This document shows, one piece after another, positions 37,897-50,398 of a stretch of DNA of 64,000 bases; the stretch's first letter is position 1; every line of letters begins with the position of its first letter. A program made the position numbers and the translations under genes. The notes beneath the pieces are model-generated. The model was given only the letters and a program-made list of their open reading frames with translations, was not told the origin of the DNA and did no database searches. The stretch comes from Gekko japonicus (Eukaryota): assembly GCF_001447785.1 (NCBI RefSeq), contig NW_015173145.1, forward strand, positions 131,967 through 195,966, in the 5' to 3' direction.

Positions 37897-38017
37897 GAGC
37901 AGAGGTGGAATGACTGTTGCCCTCTGCGCGGCAACCCTGAACTTTCTTGGTGGTCTCCCGTCCAAGTACTAACCACAGTGGATCCTGCTTAGCTTCTGAG
38001 CTCTGATGAGTCTGGAC
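37897..38017 (-). mobile_element. 5S-derived SINE fragment
   Basis: ggtctcccgtccaagtactaacca...cctgcttagcttctgag. Confidence 0.7.
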
Positions 38018-38223
38018 CAGAGTTCCCTCTAAGCTGAGTTAGTGTGAGCTAGCTCACAGTTTTTTAGCCTCCGGCTCACACCTTTCTGTCTTAGCTCAGG
38101 AAGGACGGCTCCAGAGCAAACTAACTGATGCAGCAGCCAAATCGCTCGCTCACAACTTTAATGCCAGAAGCTCACAAAGTAGAATTTTTGCTCACAAGAC
38201 TCCACAGCTTAGAGGGAACATTG
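38018..38223 (+). mobile_element. hAT MITE family A, copy 4 (at the 5' end of a 5S-SINE)
   Basis: Perfect TSD gtctggac. Confidence 0.92.
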
Positions 38224-38359
38224 GTCTGGACTACCCCAAGCAGCATGGGCCCTTGTTCTCTTATGTAGAGACCGATCCATTTGGCCTGTTTAGACAGGAG
38301 GGGGCTGCTTTATCTTTTGCACTCCGTTTTGGTCACACTGACAGGATTCGGGTTGGTGT

Positions 38360-38565
38360 CAGTGTCCCCTCTAAGCTGAGTGAGTGTGAGCCAGCTCACA
38401 GTTTTTTAGCCTCCAGCTCACACATTTTTGTCTCAGCTCCGGAAGGATGGCTCCAGAACACACTAATTTATGCAGCAGCCAATTCACCTACTCACAACTT
38501 TAATGCCGGTAGTTCACAAAGTAGAATTTTTGCTCACAAGACTCCACAGCTTAGAGGGAACATTG
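38360..38565 (+). mobile_element. hAT MITE family A, copy 5
   Basis: Perfect TSD gttggtgt. Confidence 0.92.
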
Positions 38566-39219
38566 GTTGGTGTGTGTTTTTTAATTTAAGATCATGACTG
38601 GTCATCATAAGACTTTAAAGCATGAACTGAAGACTCCAAAATCTCTCAGCATATGGGTAGGCTTCAGAATTTCTGAAGAACAGCAAGCCGAGATCAACAT
38701 TAGGAGTGGGAAACAGCTTTGCAGGCTCTCTCTCAGGTACACTTGGCTGCACCAGCTGAACACGCCACACTAAACAGCGGGCAAGTTTTATCCCAAGTCA
38801 CCATAGTGATGTGTGTCACATTTCCTCATGCTAACAACATTCTCACTAAGGGATACGCCTTCGCACAAGAGCCGGCATAGTAGTCCAATTTAGAATTTCC
38901 TGCAGCTCACAGGTCATCTGCGTTCCTACCCGTGGAACAACATCCCCACAATCTCCAGGAACAACTGTACACATCCGGCAACCTGAGGCCAAAGTCTCCA
39001 CTTGGCACCCACTCAGGGGGGGGCCTCTTCCGCCTCTGCTCTCAGGAACTGGCCAGGAGGAGCCGCAACCTCTCAGTGGCCACGGGAGAGGTTCTAAGAG
39101 GGCTTCGGCTTCCTTGGCTGTCTGCTCCCGGATGGGTGGGTCTATGCAGGGAGCACAGCACGGGCCATAGATGGAGAGGGCGGAGTCGGAGAACCCCAGT
39201 CAGACTGGCACCATGATCT

Positions 39220-39410
39220 CGATGGCCCAGGCGGGCCCAGTCTCATCAGGTCTCAGGAGCTGAGCAGAGTTGATCCTGGTTAGCAGCAGGACGGGAGGCC
39301 ACCGAGGATGTCCAGGGTTGCTAAACAGAGGCAGGCCATGGCCAACCCGTCTCTTGCTTTGGAGACCCTACACAGTCGCTGTGAATCGGCTGTGACTCGA
39401 CGGCACTTCC
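39220..39410 (+). mobile_element. 5S-derived SINE, diverged
   Basis: Colinear with the 17146 copy, including the gtcgctgtgaatcggctgtgactcgacggcac tail. Confidence 0.7.
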
Positions 39411-39562
39411 CACCACCACCTATCAGGTGGCTTCTGAAAACCCCGGCTACTTCACTCATCCACAGACAGCCCTCAAACCACCACCAGTGCCAAACAGCAT
39501 GGCCAGGTATATAAAGAGGCTGGTTTTTGTTTTGTTTTTTAAACTTGGCTAAAAGAAGAACA

Positions 39563-39725
39563 GAGCTGCGGTGGCTCAAGTGGTCAAGACGCTGAACTGC
39601 AGGCTGCGGAAGGTCGGTAGTTCAGCAGTTCGAGACCCGGGTGCCGCATGACGGAGTGAGCTCCCGTCTCTAGTTCCAGCTCCTGCCAACCTAGCAGTTC
39701 GAAACCGAGAAATTGCAAGTAGATA
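39563..39725 (+). mobile_element. Sauria SINE 5' half, truncated at a LINE tail
   Basis: gagctgcggtggctcaagtgg... ends at agatag|tcagtcag. Confidence 0.85.
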
Positions 39726-40440
39726 GTCAGTCAGTCAGTCAGTCATTTATTACGGCAACAAGCCATAGAACACACATGCTTAAATATAACATTCATATAA
39801 CTGAATTTAGGACAGTAAAACAAAATTCTATAAAAATACAGTTGAGCGTAATAAGTAAAAGAAGAACATAAAACAGAGACTATTAGGCAACTATTATTAT
39901 ACATTTGATTGTGTATTTCGGATGCAGTAGCATGCTACCCAAAATTTTGCCACAGTTGCGGTAATTGTCCGGTTCCCATCAATTAACAATCGGTTACATT
40001 GCTCAGCACCTGATTGTCCCACCATATCTGTTATAAGAGGAGTAATATATTTGTCACGGATCTTGTTATACCAGTTACATCTGAGCATCATGTGCTCAAT
40101 AGTTTCTGTCTCTCCTGAGCCGCATCGACAAAGTCTATATTCAGTGGGGATCCTTTTGAATCTGCCCTCAAGCATCGCGGAGGGGAAAGCCTCACATCTG
40201 GCTAGGTTTTCCTAAACTTATGAGTATCAAGCTGTGATAAATAGGACATGGGTCGCAAGTGATATTTGACAGAATCTGGGGCTCTAAAATTAGGACATCT
40301 ACCGAGATCCGTCTGTCTCTCCATGTCCATCATTCTCTGTTTTAGGGCTGATTTTGCTACATCCCAATGCATACTCAAAATCGCTTGGGGGGAAAAACCA
40401 AGCTCATATAATTTATTATGAACTGCTGTCAGCTGCTGTA
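39726..40440 (-). mobile_element. LINE 3' fragment with C-terminal CCHC region (RTE-X-like)
   Basis: LEGRFKRIPTEYRLCRCGSGETETIEHMMLRC; AATAAA followed by (TGAC)n tail. Confidence 0.7.
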
Positions 40441-40739
40441 GAAAGTACACACAACGTGTATATCGGTGGGGCGGGGGGGAGTTCAAAAGTGGGCACCCAA
40501 CAGGAGGAAGTGGCAGTGCTTCGAATCGCACACACAGCCAGTTCAGACATCACACCAAACCATACTTTGTGCTAACCCTGGTTTAGATGTTCTAAAAAAA
40601 TAAAATGGGCCGGCTTGCATTCTCTGCCCCTCGGCACCCGGTTGTAACAAACCATTCCCTTCTCCCGTTTGCGAACCCATTCTCGAGCAGACCAAGGGCT
40701 GGAACTCAGGTGGTGGTTGGAAGTGGGGGGTGATTTTCA

Positions 40740-41600
40740 AATGTATACTTGCCTCTCCAGAAACTTAGTAGTGCCTTACAACAAAAATCTAAAATACAGC
40801 ATCGTCAGTAAAATATGAAAACAGTTCACTGAACAACCGCATCAACTATAAATCATAAGCCCACTCCCACCATGCTGTGCTAAAGGCAACAGCAACAAAA
40901 CCAGCCCTCTTGAAAAGGTCTGCAAGAAAGAACTCTGCAGACCGCCTGGGAAAGGCCTCAACAGTGCAAGCTCTAGATCGGGCCAAAGAGAACCACGCCT
41001 GGCAAACAGGTGGCGCAATTAAAAGCAACTGCTGTGTGCATCTACGTGGGCAGACTTTATAAGGAAGAGCCAACACCATGAATTGAACTGGGAAGCACAC
41101 AGGCAGCCGGCGCTGCGGAGTCTAGATTGCCATTGCATTTAAACCCAAAAAAAGACGGGAAGTCCTGCTGTGCACCAGCCGAAGTTGTCAAGATACTATT
41201 ATCAAGTGCATGCTGCATCTGCCTGCTCCAGTAACCCAATCTACAGAAAAAGTGGATCGCCACAGCTAGGCCTGCAGAAGGGAGGACAGCTTACACAGCA
41301 GATAAAGACGACAGGCAGTCCGTCTAGCAACGACAGCAGCCTGACTCTCCGGAAGCAAGGCGGGGTCCAGAAGTAATCCCAAACTTTAACCACCTGCTTA
41401 CCAGAGCTGGCAAGCCGGTACCTCCAATCACATCCATTTCCCCCACTAGCATCACCCCCATCTGCTCTGGATTCAGTGCATGATCGTCCCCCTTCATCCA
41501 GGGACTCCGAGTACTGGTTTAGTGCAGAGACAGCCACATCTGGAGCTTCTGGCAGACAGACCATTGGTCCGTCCAGGCAGATACCACATCAAGTGTGAGT
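40740..41600 (-). mobile_element. Degenerate L2 remnant
   Basis: Fragmentary L2-like peptides on the minus strand (FPVQFMVLALPYK and a frameshifted LGLLLDP-like stretch). Confidence 0.55.
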
Positions 41601-42252
41601 GGAGCTTCCTTAGCAGTGGTTTGGGACGATGCCTGGCCTGAGCCTCTGCGTGCATTTCTAGGTTGAGTGGCATTTAATTTCCACCCTCGGGAAACCTCGG
41701 CTAAAGCATTCTTAGCCGGAACTCCAAATGAGTAAAAGAGGTTGACACACAAGCAAAATATTCTTGCTCTGAGGACAAAGTAGATGACTTACACAGGACT
41801 GTACACAGCTCAGCAGATTTCCCCTCTGCTGGCACAAGAAGTGCATCCTTACGATTATGTATGGGATGAATCACCCGGGATAGAGCCTGTGGATCTGATC
41901 TGTTAGCAAAGGCCCTTAGCCCCCGGGGGCAGGCTTCTCCCACTGAAGGAAAGGGTGCCTGCTAGTGGAACAGATCCATGGGGTCTGCCTACTGTATTAA
42001 ACAGCAGGAACACTGGGCTGAGTGGGAGGGAGAGAAGGGGGGAAACCGCAATCCTTGGAGAGTATTTGCGATGGCTACAGGCATGCTTCGTATCAACATT
42101 TTTTTGTCCCCTTTTCCTTTGTTTTATGTACTTCTCTCGTCAGGAAGCACAGATAGATGCCGCCACCACCTCCTGGTCCAGCTCTTTCTGTGTCCAAGGC
42201 CCTTCAGAGACATTATTCCAGTCGTCTGATATGTTACGGAAGTCCAGAACTA

Positions 42253-42665
42253 TTATTAATAATAATAATACCTTTTGATTTATTGATCGCTCAATCCTGC
42301 AGGGCTGCTGGCTCTGAGCGATTTACAGTTACACAGGTTTTCACAAGGAACTAACAATGATAGGGGTAAGGGAGGACAACATATAATTCTTTAAATCGCA
42401 CACGTTTGCAGCCGACGGGGATTTTGTTCAGCTGTAGGCTTCAGTCGTGTTCCGGGCGGCATTCATTTCAGCTTGGCTTGATGACGTTAGTTCTTCCTGG
42501 GCTGGCTTTGAGTCGTAGCGCCGCACTGCCACCACCTGGCCGGATTGGCCATTATTCCCACAATGCACACTGGGGCAGAAGCAGGGGACCTGATGAGTTT
42601 GTGATGAGACCTGAACCAACAGCCTCCCGTACCACAGCTCATTCTCTTAGCCACTGTGCTATACC
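42253..42665 (-). mobile_element. tRNA-headed SINE with L2-like tail (single copy in window)
   Basis: Minus strand begins ggtatagcacagtggctaag...ggttcaggtctc and ends tgtaaatcgctcagag...aataaa...(tat)n. Confidence 0.55.
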
Positions 42666-43033
42666 TGCTCTGGATGTTGTTCGCAAAGCAGGAGGGCTTT
42701 GAAGTGCCCATCAAGTGTGCGCATACACAAATATCCCACGCTCCCCCGGTGTAGCCAAGTGTTGATTCAGGACACCTCCTTTTAACTGTCAACCTGTTCC
42801 ATCTGATGCAGACAAGCTTGGATGGCCAGATATACCCTATTAGGTGGGATCTTCATCTCCAGCCCAAGGCAACATCCCAGCAGCATCACACCACCCCAAA
42901 AGCTGCCTCAGAGCATGAAGTGCCAGCTCTGTGCAGCCTTCTGCTGAAAACTGCAGTGAGGACCACCTCTCTTTGCACTGCCAGCTCCAGTCCAGGACCC
43001 CACAAGATGATGAAGTGGGGAATTATGGGATTC

Positions 43034-43689
43034 TGTTGTTGTTGTTGTTCAGTCGCACAGTCGAGTCCGACTCTTCGCGACCCCATCGACCAGATGACGC
43101 CAGGCCCTCCTGTCTTCCGTCGTGCTCCGGAATTTGCTCAATTCCATGTTCGTTGCATCGATGACACTGTCTGACCATCTCATCCTTTGCCGTCCCCGTC
43201 TTCTTTGACCTCCAGTCTTTCCCAGCAACAGGGTCTTCTCCAGGGAGTGCTCCCTTCTCGTTTGGTGGCCAAAGTATTTGAGCTTCAGCTTCAGTCTCTG
43301 GCCTTCCAAGGAACAGTCAGGGTTGATTTCTTTTAGGATTGACTGATTTGATCTTCTTGCAGTCCAGGGGACTCTCAGGAGTCTTCTCCAGCACCATAAT
43401 TTGAAAGCATCTATTCTTCGGCGCTCAGCCTTCCTTACAGTCCAGCTCTTGCAGCCATAGAGTACTACTGGGAATACCATTGCTTTGACCATACGGACTT
43501 TGATTGGCAGGGTGATGTCTCTCCTTTTTATTATGCTGTCTAGGTTTGCAATCGCTTTCCTCCCAAGGAGCAGGCGTCTTTTAATTTTATGGCTGCAGTC
43601 ACCGTCTGCAGTGATCTTGGATCCCAGGAACGTGAAATATGTCACTGCTTCCACAACTTCTCCTTCTATTTGCCAAGGAGTGATGGGGG
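43034..43689 (-). mobile_element. BovB (RTE clade) LINE 3' fragment with open reading frame
   Basis: FTFLGSKITADGDCSHKIKRRLLLGRKA...KAMVFPVVLYGCKSWT...LWCWRRLLRVPWTARRSNQSILKEI; (CAA)n tail. Confidence 0.93.
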
Positions 43690-44121
43690 CCCCTCACCAA
43701 GTCAATGCAGTGATCCATGAAGGAGTATGGGATTCTAGCATTGTACTATCTCTCCCCCAAAACAAAGTGGCAAGACTCCTTGTCCAACCATGTTGTCATA
43801 GAGAGGGCTTAGAAAGGTATATAACCAAGTCAGGGACCAGGGCCTGTCTACACTTAGGAGACATTTCCCAACTTGGTACATGGTCATTCAAGAGAACAGG
43901 GGGAAATACTCGGTTTTTGAGAGCAAACATGCAACACCCACGCCATACGCTCCTCACAGACTAATTTCAAGAGGCCACGACTAAGCCTGTCCCAAGAAGA
44001 CAAACCCACCTGATAGCCGTGCAGTGAAAGGCCAACGGCTAAGCCAACAAGCCCCAGATTAACAGATACTTCAATACTGTGAATCAGCGAATCCCCGGCT
44101 GCTCTTTCCTTGCCGATCCTT

Positions 44122-44310
44122 GACCAAGGTGGGCAGCCGTGAAGCCATACAACAAAGAGTCCAGTGGCACCTTTAAGACCAACAAATTTTTAGTCAAGAT
44201 GTGAGCTTTCGTGTGCATGTGTCTGACGAAGTGTGCATGCACACAAAAGCTCACATCTTGACTAAAAATATGTTGGTCTTAAAGGTGCCACTGGACTCTA
44301 ACTTTGTTGT
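44122..44310. mobile_element. Penelope-derived palindrome with near-complete minimal hammerhead core
   Basis: CTGACGA-A-GTGTGC(AT)GCACAC-aAAA-GCTC at 44223-44252 between long inverted arms. Confidence 0.75.
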
Positions 44311-46399
44311 GATCCTTGACCAGTTTCTGTTCAGGCAATCCAAAAGGAAGCCACGGGATCGCCAGTGGAACTGTCACGAAATCCTCCAGACAGCAGGGAA
44401 CTCTGAACACCCAGAAATGTATGGGGCAAAAAATGCCGCTTGCCTGGGTTAGCCATTTGGACATTCTCCCACATTCTCTAGCAGGGTTCGGAGGGCCTTG
44501 TGCGGAGTCAGCACCACAAAGCCTGCAGGCCCCCGAGCCCGGCATCCCCACCTCCCACGGCCACCTGCGCACAACACCTGGCCAGGTGCTGAGGAAGGTG
44601 ATAGGCTACCAGCATACCCATAACTGCCATGAATGTATAAAAATGGGAACAGAGACAGTCTTGTGTCTTTTGCCCGAAGACTGCCGCCGACTCTCACTCG
44701 AGCGCATTCAACTCTGGGCGAGGGTGAGACCTTTTGCCTTTTGGCAAGAAGAAAACAACCAACCCTAGTGGCTGCGATGACTCGCTGCCACTCAGACAAG
44801 GGCACAGGAGAAGGAACCCAGCAGCAGCAGTCACCCTGCAGGAATTCCACGCCCACATGGAACACCCGTGAGTCAGAGCCCACAATGACTGACCCCTCCA
44901 AGCTACGAATAGTGCCCTTCCCTCGCCTGGCACCCCCCCCATGCATCAGACAGCCACGATGTGGTCGGATCGAGCCAAAGGCCGGCCGGCTGACCTGGAT
45001 TCTGGCACTGGTTCAAGACCTGCTATTGAGACACAAGCCTCACCGAACAGAATGGGGCTCCTTTCAGCTTCTGTTGCTGAGGACCAGAGACTAGACTGCT
45101 GTGAGGGCCACGCACCCTTTCTTCTTCCACAGTTCCTGATTTACTTATTTATTTATCGAGGCATCTCTTCCCAACCGGTGCCCAAAGCCACACTTAATAT
45201 CACCCTCCCCTGCAGAGCCAGACAAACTGACTAGCCAGTTCCAGTCATTGGGTGTCCAGCACGAGAAGAATGCGGCTATCTCTGGACCATTCGGGCCAGA
45301 TCAGCATCCCCGGAGGGATGGGGCTCAGTGACAAGGTCGGCTTCCCTGGCAGAGGATCCCCTTCCTGACCTCTGGCACTGCATTCGGAAGCCTCGGCCCG
45401 TGAGATGCTGGCCCCTCGTTCACACCGCCCGATGCCTTCTTCCACGAAGGCCTGGAATCCTGCAGCATGATACAACTGCCTTGAATAAAAAACGGTGATG
45501 TCAAGTGTCTTGTGACACCACCTCAAAAAAAAAAAAGTCTGGCCCTGGTGTTTCTATACCTCTCTAAAGTTAACACTTCTCATTTTTGGCATTCCTCCGA
45601 CACTGTGTGCAAACACACTTTGGGAAAGGGATAATTGTATCCTGAGACATAGCTGGACAGGCTGGTTTGACTGGGGAATGCTCTTCATCTCCCCCCCCTC
45701 CACCGCACACCCTATAGCCTCGAGAGGGAAGAGGGGGGGTTGTCCTGCCATGCGACCGGAGCAGGGTGAGGCGACGGTGGATCCGACTGGGCCGCTGCTG
45801 ATGCAGCCGCCACCGCCACTCGAAGGCTTAAAATTGCTCCCGTCATTCCGGCTGGGTGAAAAAGAGACTCTGATGAAAAATACTTTGAGGTCAACAAAGT
45901 CTAACATTTTCACCTGTTCTGTGAAACGGAGAAATTAATTTTTATTAGTTTTAGAATGTTTTAGGGCTGGATCACCGCTGTCAAAAGATTCTCGCTGCAA
46001 GGACGGAATAATAAGAGCAAGAGAATGGCAGAACCACAGTGGAAGCAAGAGGCCTGAGCAGTTTAGAGTGATTTGACGGAACACAAGCGAAGCCAGCGAC
46101 TCTCTAATGGCAAAGAATGCATTGCTGAGCATTTGTGTTTTAAATGCCACTCACAGATCTCCTTTTACAAAGCCAAAAAGGCACATTGTTCCTGCAGCCG
46201 GGGCAACTTCTAACCCATCGTGCCAATTCCTCTGCTTACAAGGTTACTGATCCTAGGACATTCCAGTTGTTCTGAATGCCTCTCCAAAGAGAGGGTTTTA
46301 GACCAGGGCACTGGACCAGCATCAAATCAAAATAAAACCAAGGGGAATTCGGCTAAATTCCCTTGTATTCCAGACTCTGGCCAAGTTGTCTGTGTTGCG

Positions 46400-46604
46400 C
46401 AATGTTCCCTCTAAGCTATGCAGTCTTGTGAGCAAAAATTCTACTTTGTGAGCTACTGGCATTGAAGTTGTGAGCGAGCGATGTGGCTACTGCATAAATT
46501 AGTTGGCTCTGGAGCCCTCCTTCCTGAGCAGAGACAAAAAATGTGAGCCGGAGGCTAAAAAACTGTGAGCTGGCTCACACTCACTCATCTTAGAGGGAAC
46601 AATG
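46400..46604 (-). mobile_element. hAT MITE family A, copy 6 (reverse orientation)
   Basis: Reverse complement of the family A body with TIRs; TSD unclear. Confidence 0.88.
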
Positions 46605-47976
46605 GTTGCAAGGCATATAAATAAGTAACTTAAGTTGGGCAGCTGTTATCAGGTTACTCAAACAGTAGAGACACTATTTGATGGCAGAAAAGGCAATGTA
46701 TAAATATCATGACAGAAAGAACCTCATCTGGGTAGCTTCACCAAAGCACCTCAAGAGGGTAACCGTAGCAGGTTTGAGCCCAGCTGGGGTGACAGGCAAG
46801 CCTCTCTTCCGGAAGCCCTCTGGCCGATGAAGCCACGGGAAGGCCTTCCAGATGAGCGTGGTATTTAGAACCAAGGTGGCAACATCCGAAACCAAAACTG
46901 GGAGTGAGCAGCACCTCTCTTCCTTGATTGAACAAGGCCCATTATGGCGCTCTGACGTTTATCACTCTTCCCAGAACCTCTCCGTTTATTCCTCTCCGTC
47001 GTGGAATCACACACCAGAACAGCAAGCCCAAAAATGGTACTAAGGGAAAGACGGCCAGAGGGAATGTACAGAACCCACCTCCTCTCCTCCCCGCCATCTA
47101 CTGAGTATGCAAGATAAACAACGGGCGACTGTCCCAAATGCAGCACTTTACTTTCCTCCATAGGAAGGAATAATAACCGCACGTATAGGAGAAAGGGAAT
47201 GGGGGGGTGGGGGTGGAGACTACACCTGCCCCTTGCCCCCTAGCGACCCAAGCCAATGAGAAGCAAGCCTGGCCCACCATCTGCACAGCCCCATCTTGGG
47301 TTGGATTCCTTGCCCAGATCAGGATGGCAAGCTGTTTTTAAGACAGACAGAAGTCAAAGCTGAGTGCGTTTAAAAACCACGTCATTGTATAGCCAGCTTG
47401 GTCTATTACAGCATTATTCTCTGGGGCACTCCTTGGGAAAACTAGCTCACCATGCAAGGCTCAAGCTCTGGCCTGTACTCCTGAAGCCAAGTCGGCCCGG
47501 CGTCAGAAGGGTGCTCAGAATCACCACCCACTGCTGGTCCCAAGCACAGGAAATTGGTCATGGACCGCAGCCAAGAACTCAAAGTCAAACAGGGCTCAAT
47601 AAGATTTTCTTGCCAATCTGCCTGCCTTGTCAGTCTCCATGTCTGCAGGCCCAGCAGTTATGTACCAGTGAAAGGAAGTGAGCCACACAACTAACACAGA
47701 GCCGTAAGCAGAGTGAAAGGTGTGTGTGGGGGGGGGGGGGGGAGAACCACGTCGGAAGTGATGAGACCACATCCACATACCTGAAAGCAAGGGCCTGCTT
47801 AGCCATTGTGACTCAGAGCTGTTTCCAAGAGAACGGCAGGAGGCTCCTCTCTCTTTGTTCAAGCATGTCCAGCCCTGGCTCAGAAAGGGGGGGGGGGAAT
47901 CTACAAGAGGATTCCGGTGCCAAGCAGTAAACGGATGGGGGGTGGGGAGAACAGCAAGGGCAAACGTGCAGGAGGG

Positions 47977-49166
47977 CATGTTGGAGCACCTTCCCTATGA
48001 AGAAAGCCTGAAGAGTCTGGGACTTTTCCGTTTAGAAAAGGGACAACTAAGGGGGGGGGGACATGATAAGAGTTTGATAAAAATTATGCCTGGGCTGAAG
48101 AGAGTTGACAAAGAGAATTTTTTTCTCCACCTCCCAAAACACTAGAACTCAAGGGCATCCAATGAAGCTGATGGGCAGTAGGTTCAGGACCGACAAAAGG
48201 AGATACTACTTTACACAGTAAGTGGTTAAAATGTGGAATCGGGCCAGAGGATGTAGTGATGGCCACAGGACTAAACAACTTTAAAAGGGGATTAGATAGA
48301 TTCATGGAGGATAAGTCTATCGGTGGCTACTAGCCATGGTGACTGAGGGGAACCTCCACATTCAGAGGTACTAGTCCTAGAGTACGCTAGTTTGGTGTAA
48401 GTACGCGGACTCTAATCTGGGAGAACCGGGTTTGATTCCCCACTCCTCCACTTGCAGCTGCTGGATGACCTTGGGCAAGCCGTAGTTCTGTCAGAGCTGT
48501 TCTCTCAGAGCTCTCTCGGCCCCACCTACCTCACAGGGTGTCTGTTGTGGGGAGGGGGAAGGGAAAGGAGGTTGTAAGCTGCTCTGAGACACCTTTGGGT
48601 AGTGAAGGGCAGGATATAAATCCAGTCTCTTCTTCTTCTTAATCTTCCTGCTTCCTAGTTTGGTCTGATAAAAAAGCTCCTCTGGATAGGGACTAGGTGT
48701 TTGGGGTAGTGGTGAAGTGCGTGGATTCTAATCTGGGAGAACCGGGTTTGACTCCCCACTCCTCCACATGCAGCTGCTGGGTGACCTTGGGTCAGTCACA
48801 AGTTCTGCCAGAGCTGTTCTCTCAAGGGCAGTCCTCGGGAGAGCTCTCTCAGCCCCACCTCCCTCACAGGGTGTCTGTTGTGGGGAGGGGGAGGGAAAGA
48901 AGTTTGTAAGCCGCTCTGAGACACCTTTGGGTAGTGAAGGGCGGGGTATGAATCCAATTTCTTCTTCTTCTTCTTCTTCTTTCTTCTTTCTTCTTCTTTC
49001 TTCTTTCTTCTTCTTCTTCTTCTATCCCAAGGCCAGGAGGCAACATCAGGGGAAGGCCTTGGTCTCTATGCTCTGCCGGCCCTCCAGAGAAACTAGCCGG
49101 CCACTGTGTGAGAGAGGAGGCTGGACTAGGTGGACTGACCCAGCAGGGCTCTTCTGATGTTCTGAT
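47977..49166 (+). mobile_element. CR1 3' end split by SINEs (pieces at about 47977-48377 and 49027-49166)
   Basis: GMLEHLPYEESLKSLGLFRLEK...; terminal gctcttctgatgttctgat. Confidence 0.8.
48386..49022 (+). mobile_element. Two Squam3-like SINEs (about 48386-48640 and 48697-49022) inside a CR1 3' end
   Basis: Two tRNA heads; the second copy has an expanded (TTC)/(TTTC) tail at 48958-49022. Confidence 0.85.
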
Positions 49167-50164
49167 CTTCATGTGGTAAACACAGACAAGAGCACCCCTC
49201 TGAGTAGAGGTGGCCGGCAAAGTGTGGGCCGGAGTCAGTTTTAACTGCGCTCTCCCTTGAAAGCCAACGTGGGTTTGTTTGACTGTATTACTGAAAAGCC
49301 TTCTGTCATCTCCTGACTGAACAGGGAACAACGCATTGGTAAGGTGGGAAGGGGATTTTTTTTCTTTAGTCCTTGTTGGAGCACCACCGCTGCTCTCAGC
49401 CAAGAGCCACAGATGGCTGCCTTTGCCACCTTTAAAAGGGGAGAAGAGGTTCTCTGCAGGCTCCAGGGCTCAGCCAAAAACCAGCAGAGCTGTTTGGTTG
49501 CATAAACATTTGGATATAACATTTTAAACCTAACACCCAGACGTGTGTGTGTGCGTGCGCACACACACACACCCCAATGGCACAAAGCTGTGCTGAAGCA
49601 ATCCATGTGTTTAATTCCATCCAGATTGCACCAGGCACAGCTCCCTTCAGCGGACTTTCTTTTACAAAACCCAGCCACAGGAGCAGCAATTTCAGAGGGG
49701 GAGGGGAGCTCTCTTAACCCTTTCCTTCTCCCCCCCCCCCCCCCTCCTTTTTGTATGCTTTTACTTATGCTTGGGGAAAGTATGGGTGGTACATTTTCCC
49801 CAAAGAGAGTAAAACCAGCTTGGGAGATATTAATTTTCAGCCAGAAACTGGTGCAGACTTCTCAGGGTTGTTGTTGTTGTTTTTTGAGGGGGAGACACCT
49901 GAAAAGAGGGTGCTGCCAAAGACCAACAGCTAAAAAAGGAGCTCAAAGTTATATAAAACAGATCTTTATTACGTTAATTCACAATAAATGTATTAAAGCT
50001 ACCTAAAGTATTAATTCGAACAAATGCAGTCTATACAAATATTGCTAGGATTATTCAACACCAAATGGATTTCTCCTAATTGGTGCACTTTTGACGAACT
50101 CAGTAGCTATAATGTGAAGACCCCTCTCCCAAAAGATCTGTTTAAGTCCATGCAGAACTAGCCA

Positions 50165-50398
50165 TCCTGCCAACCTAGCAGTTCGAAAGCAAGAAATTGC
50201 AAGTAGATAAATAGGTACCACTTTGGTGGGAAGGTAACAGCGTTCCGGGCGCCTTGGTGTTTAGTCATGCCGGCCACGTGACCACGGAAACGTCTTCGGA
50301 CAGCGCTGGCTCTTCGGCTTTGAAACGGAGAAGAGCACCGCAACCCTAGAGTCGGACTCGACCAGCTTTCGAGCAAGGGAACCTTTACCTTTACCTTT
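50165..50398 (+). mobile_element. 5'-truncated Sauria SINE
   Basis: (ACCTTT)n tail; 12-bp TSD cagaactagcca (50153-50164, 50399-50410). Confidence 0.9.
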
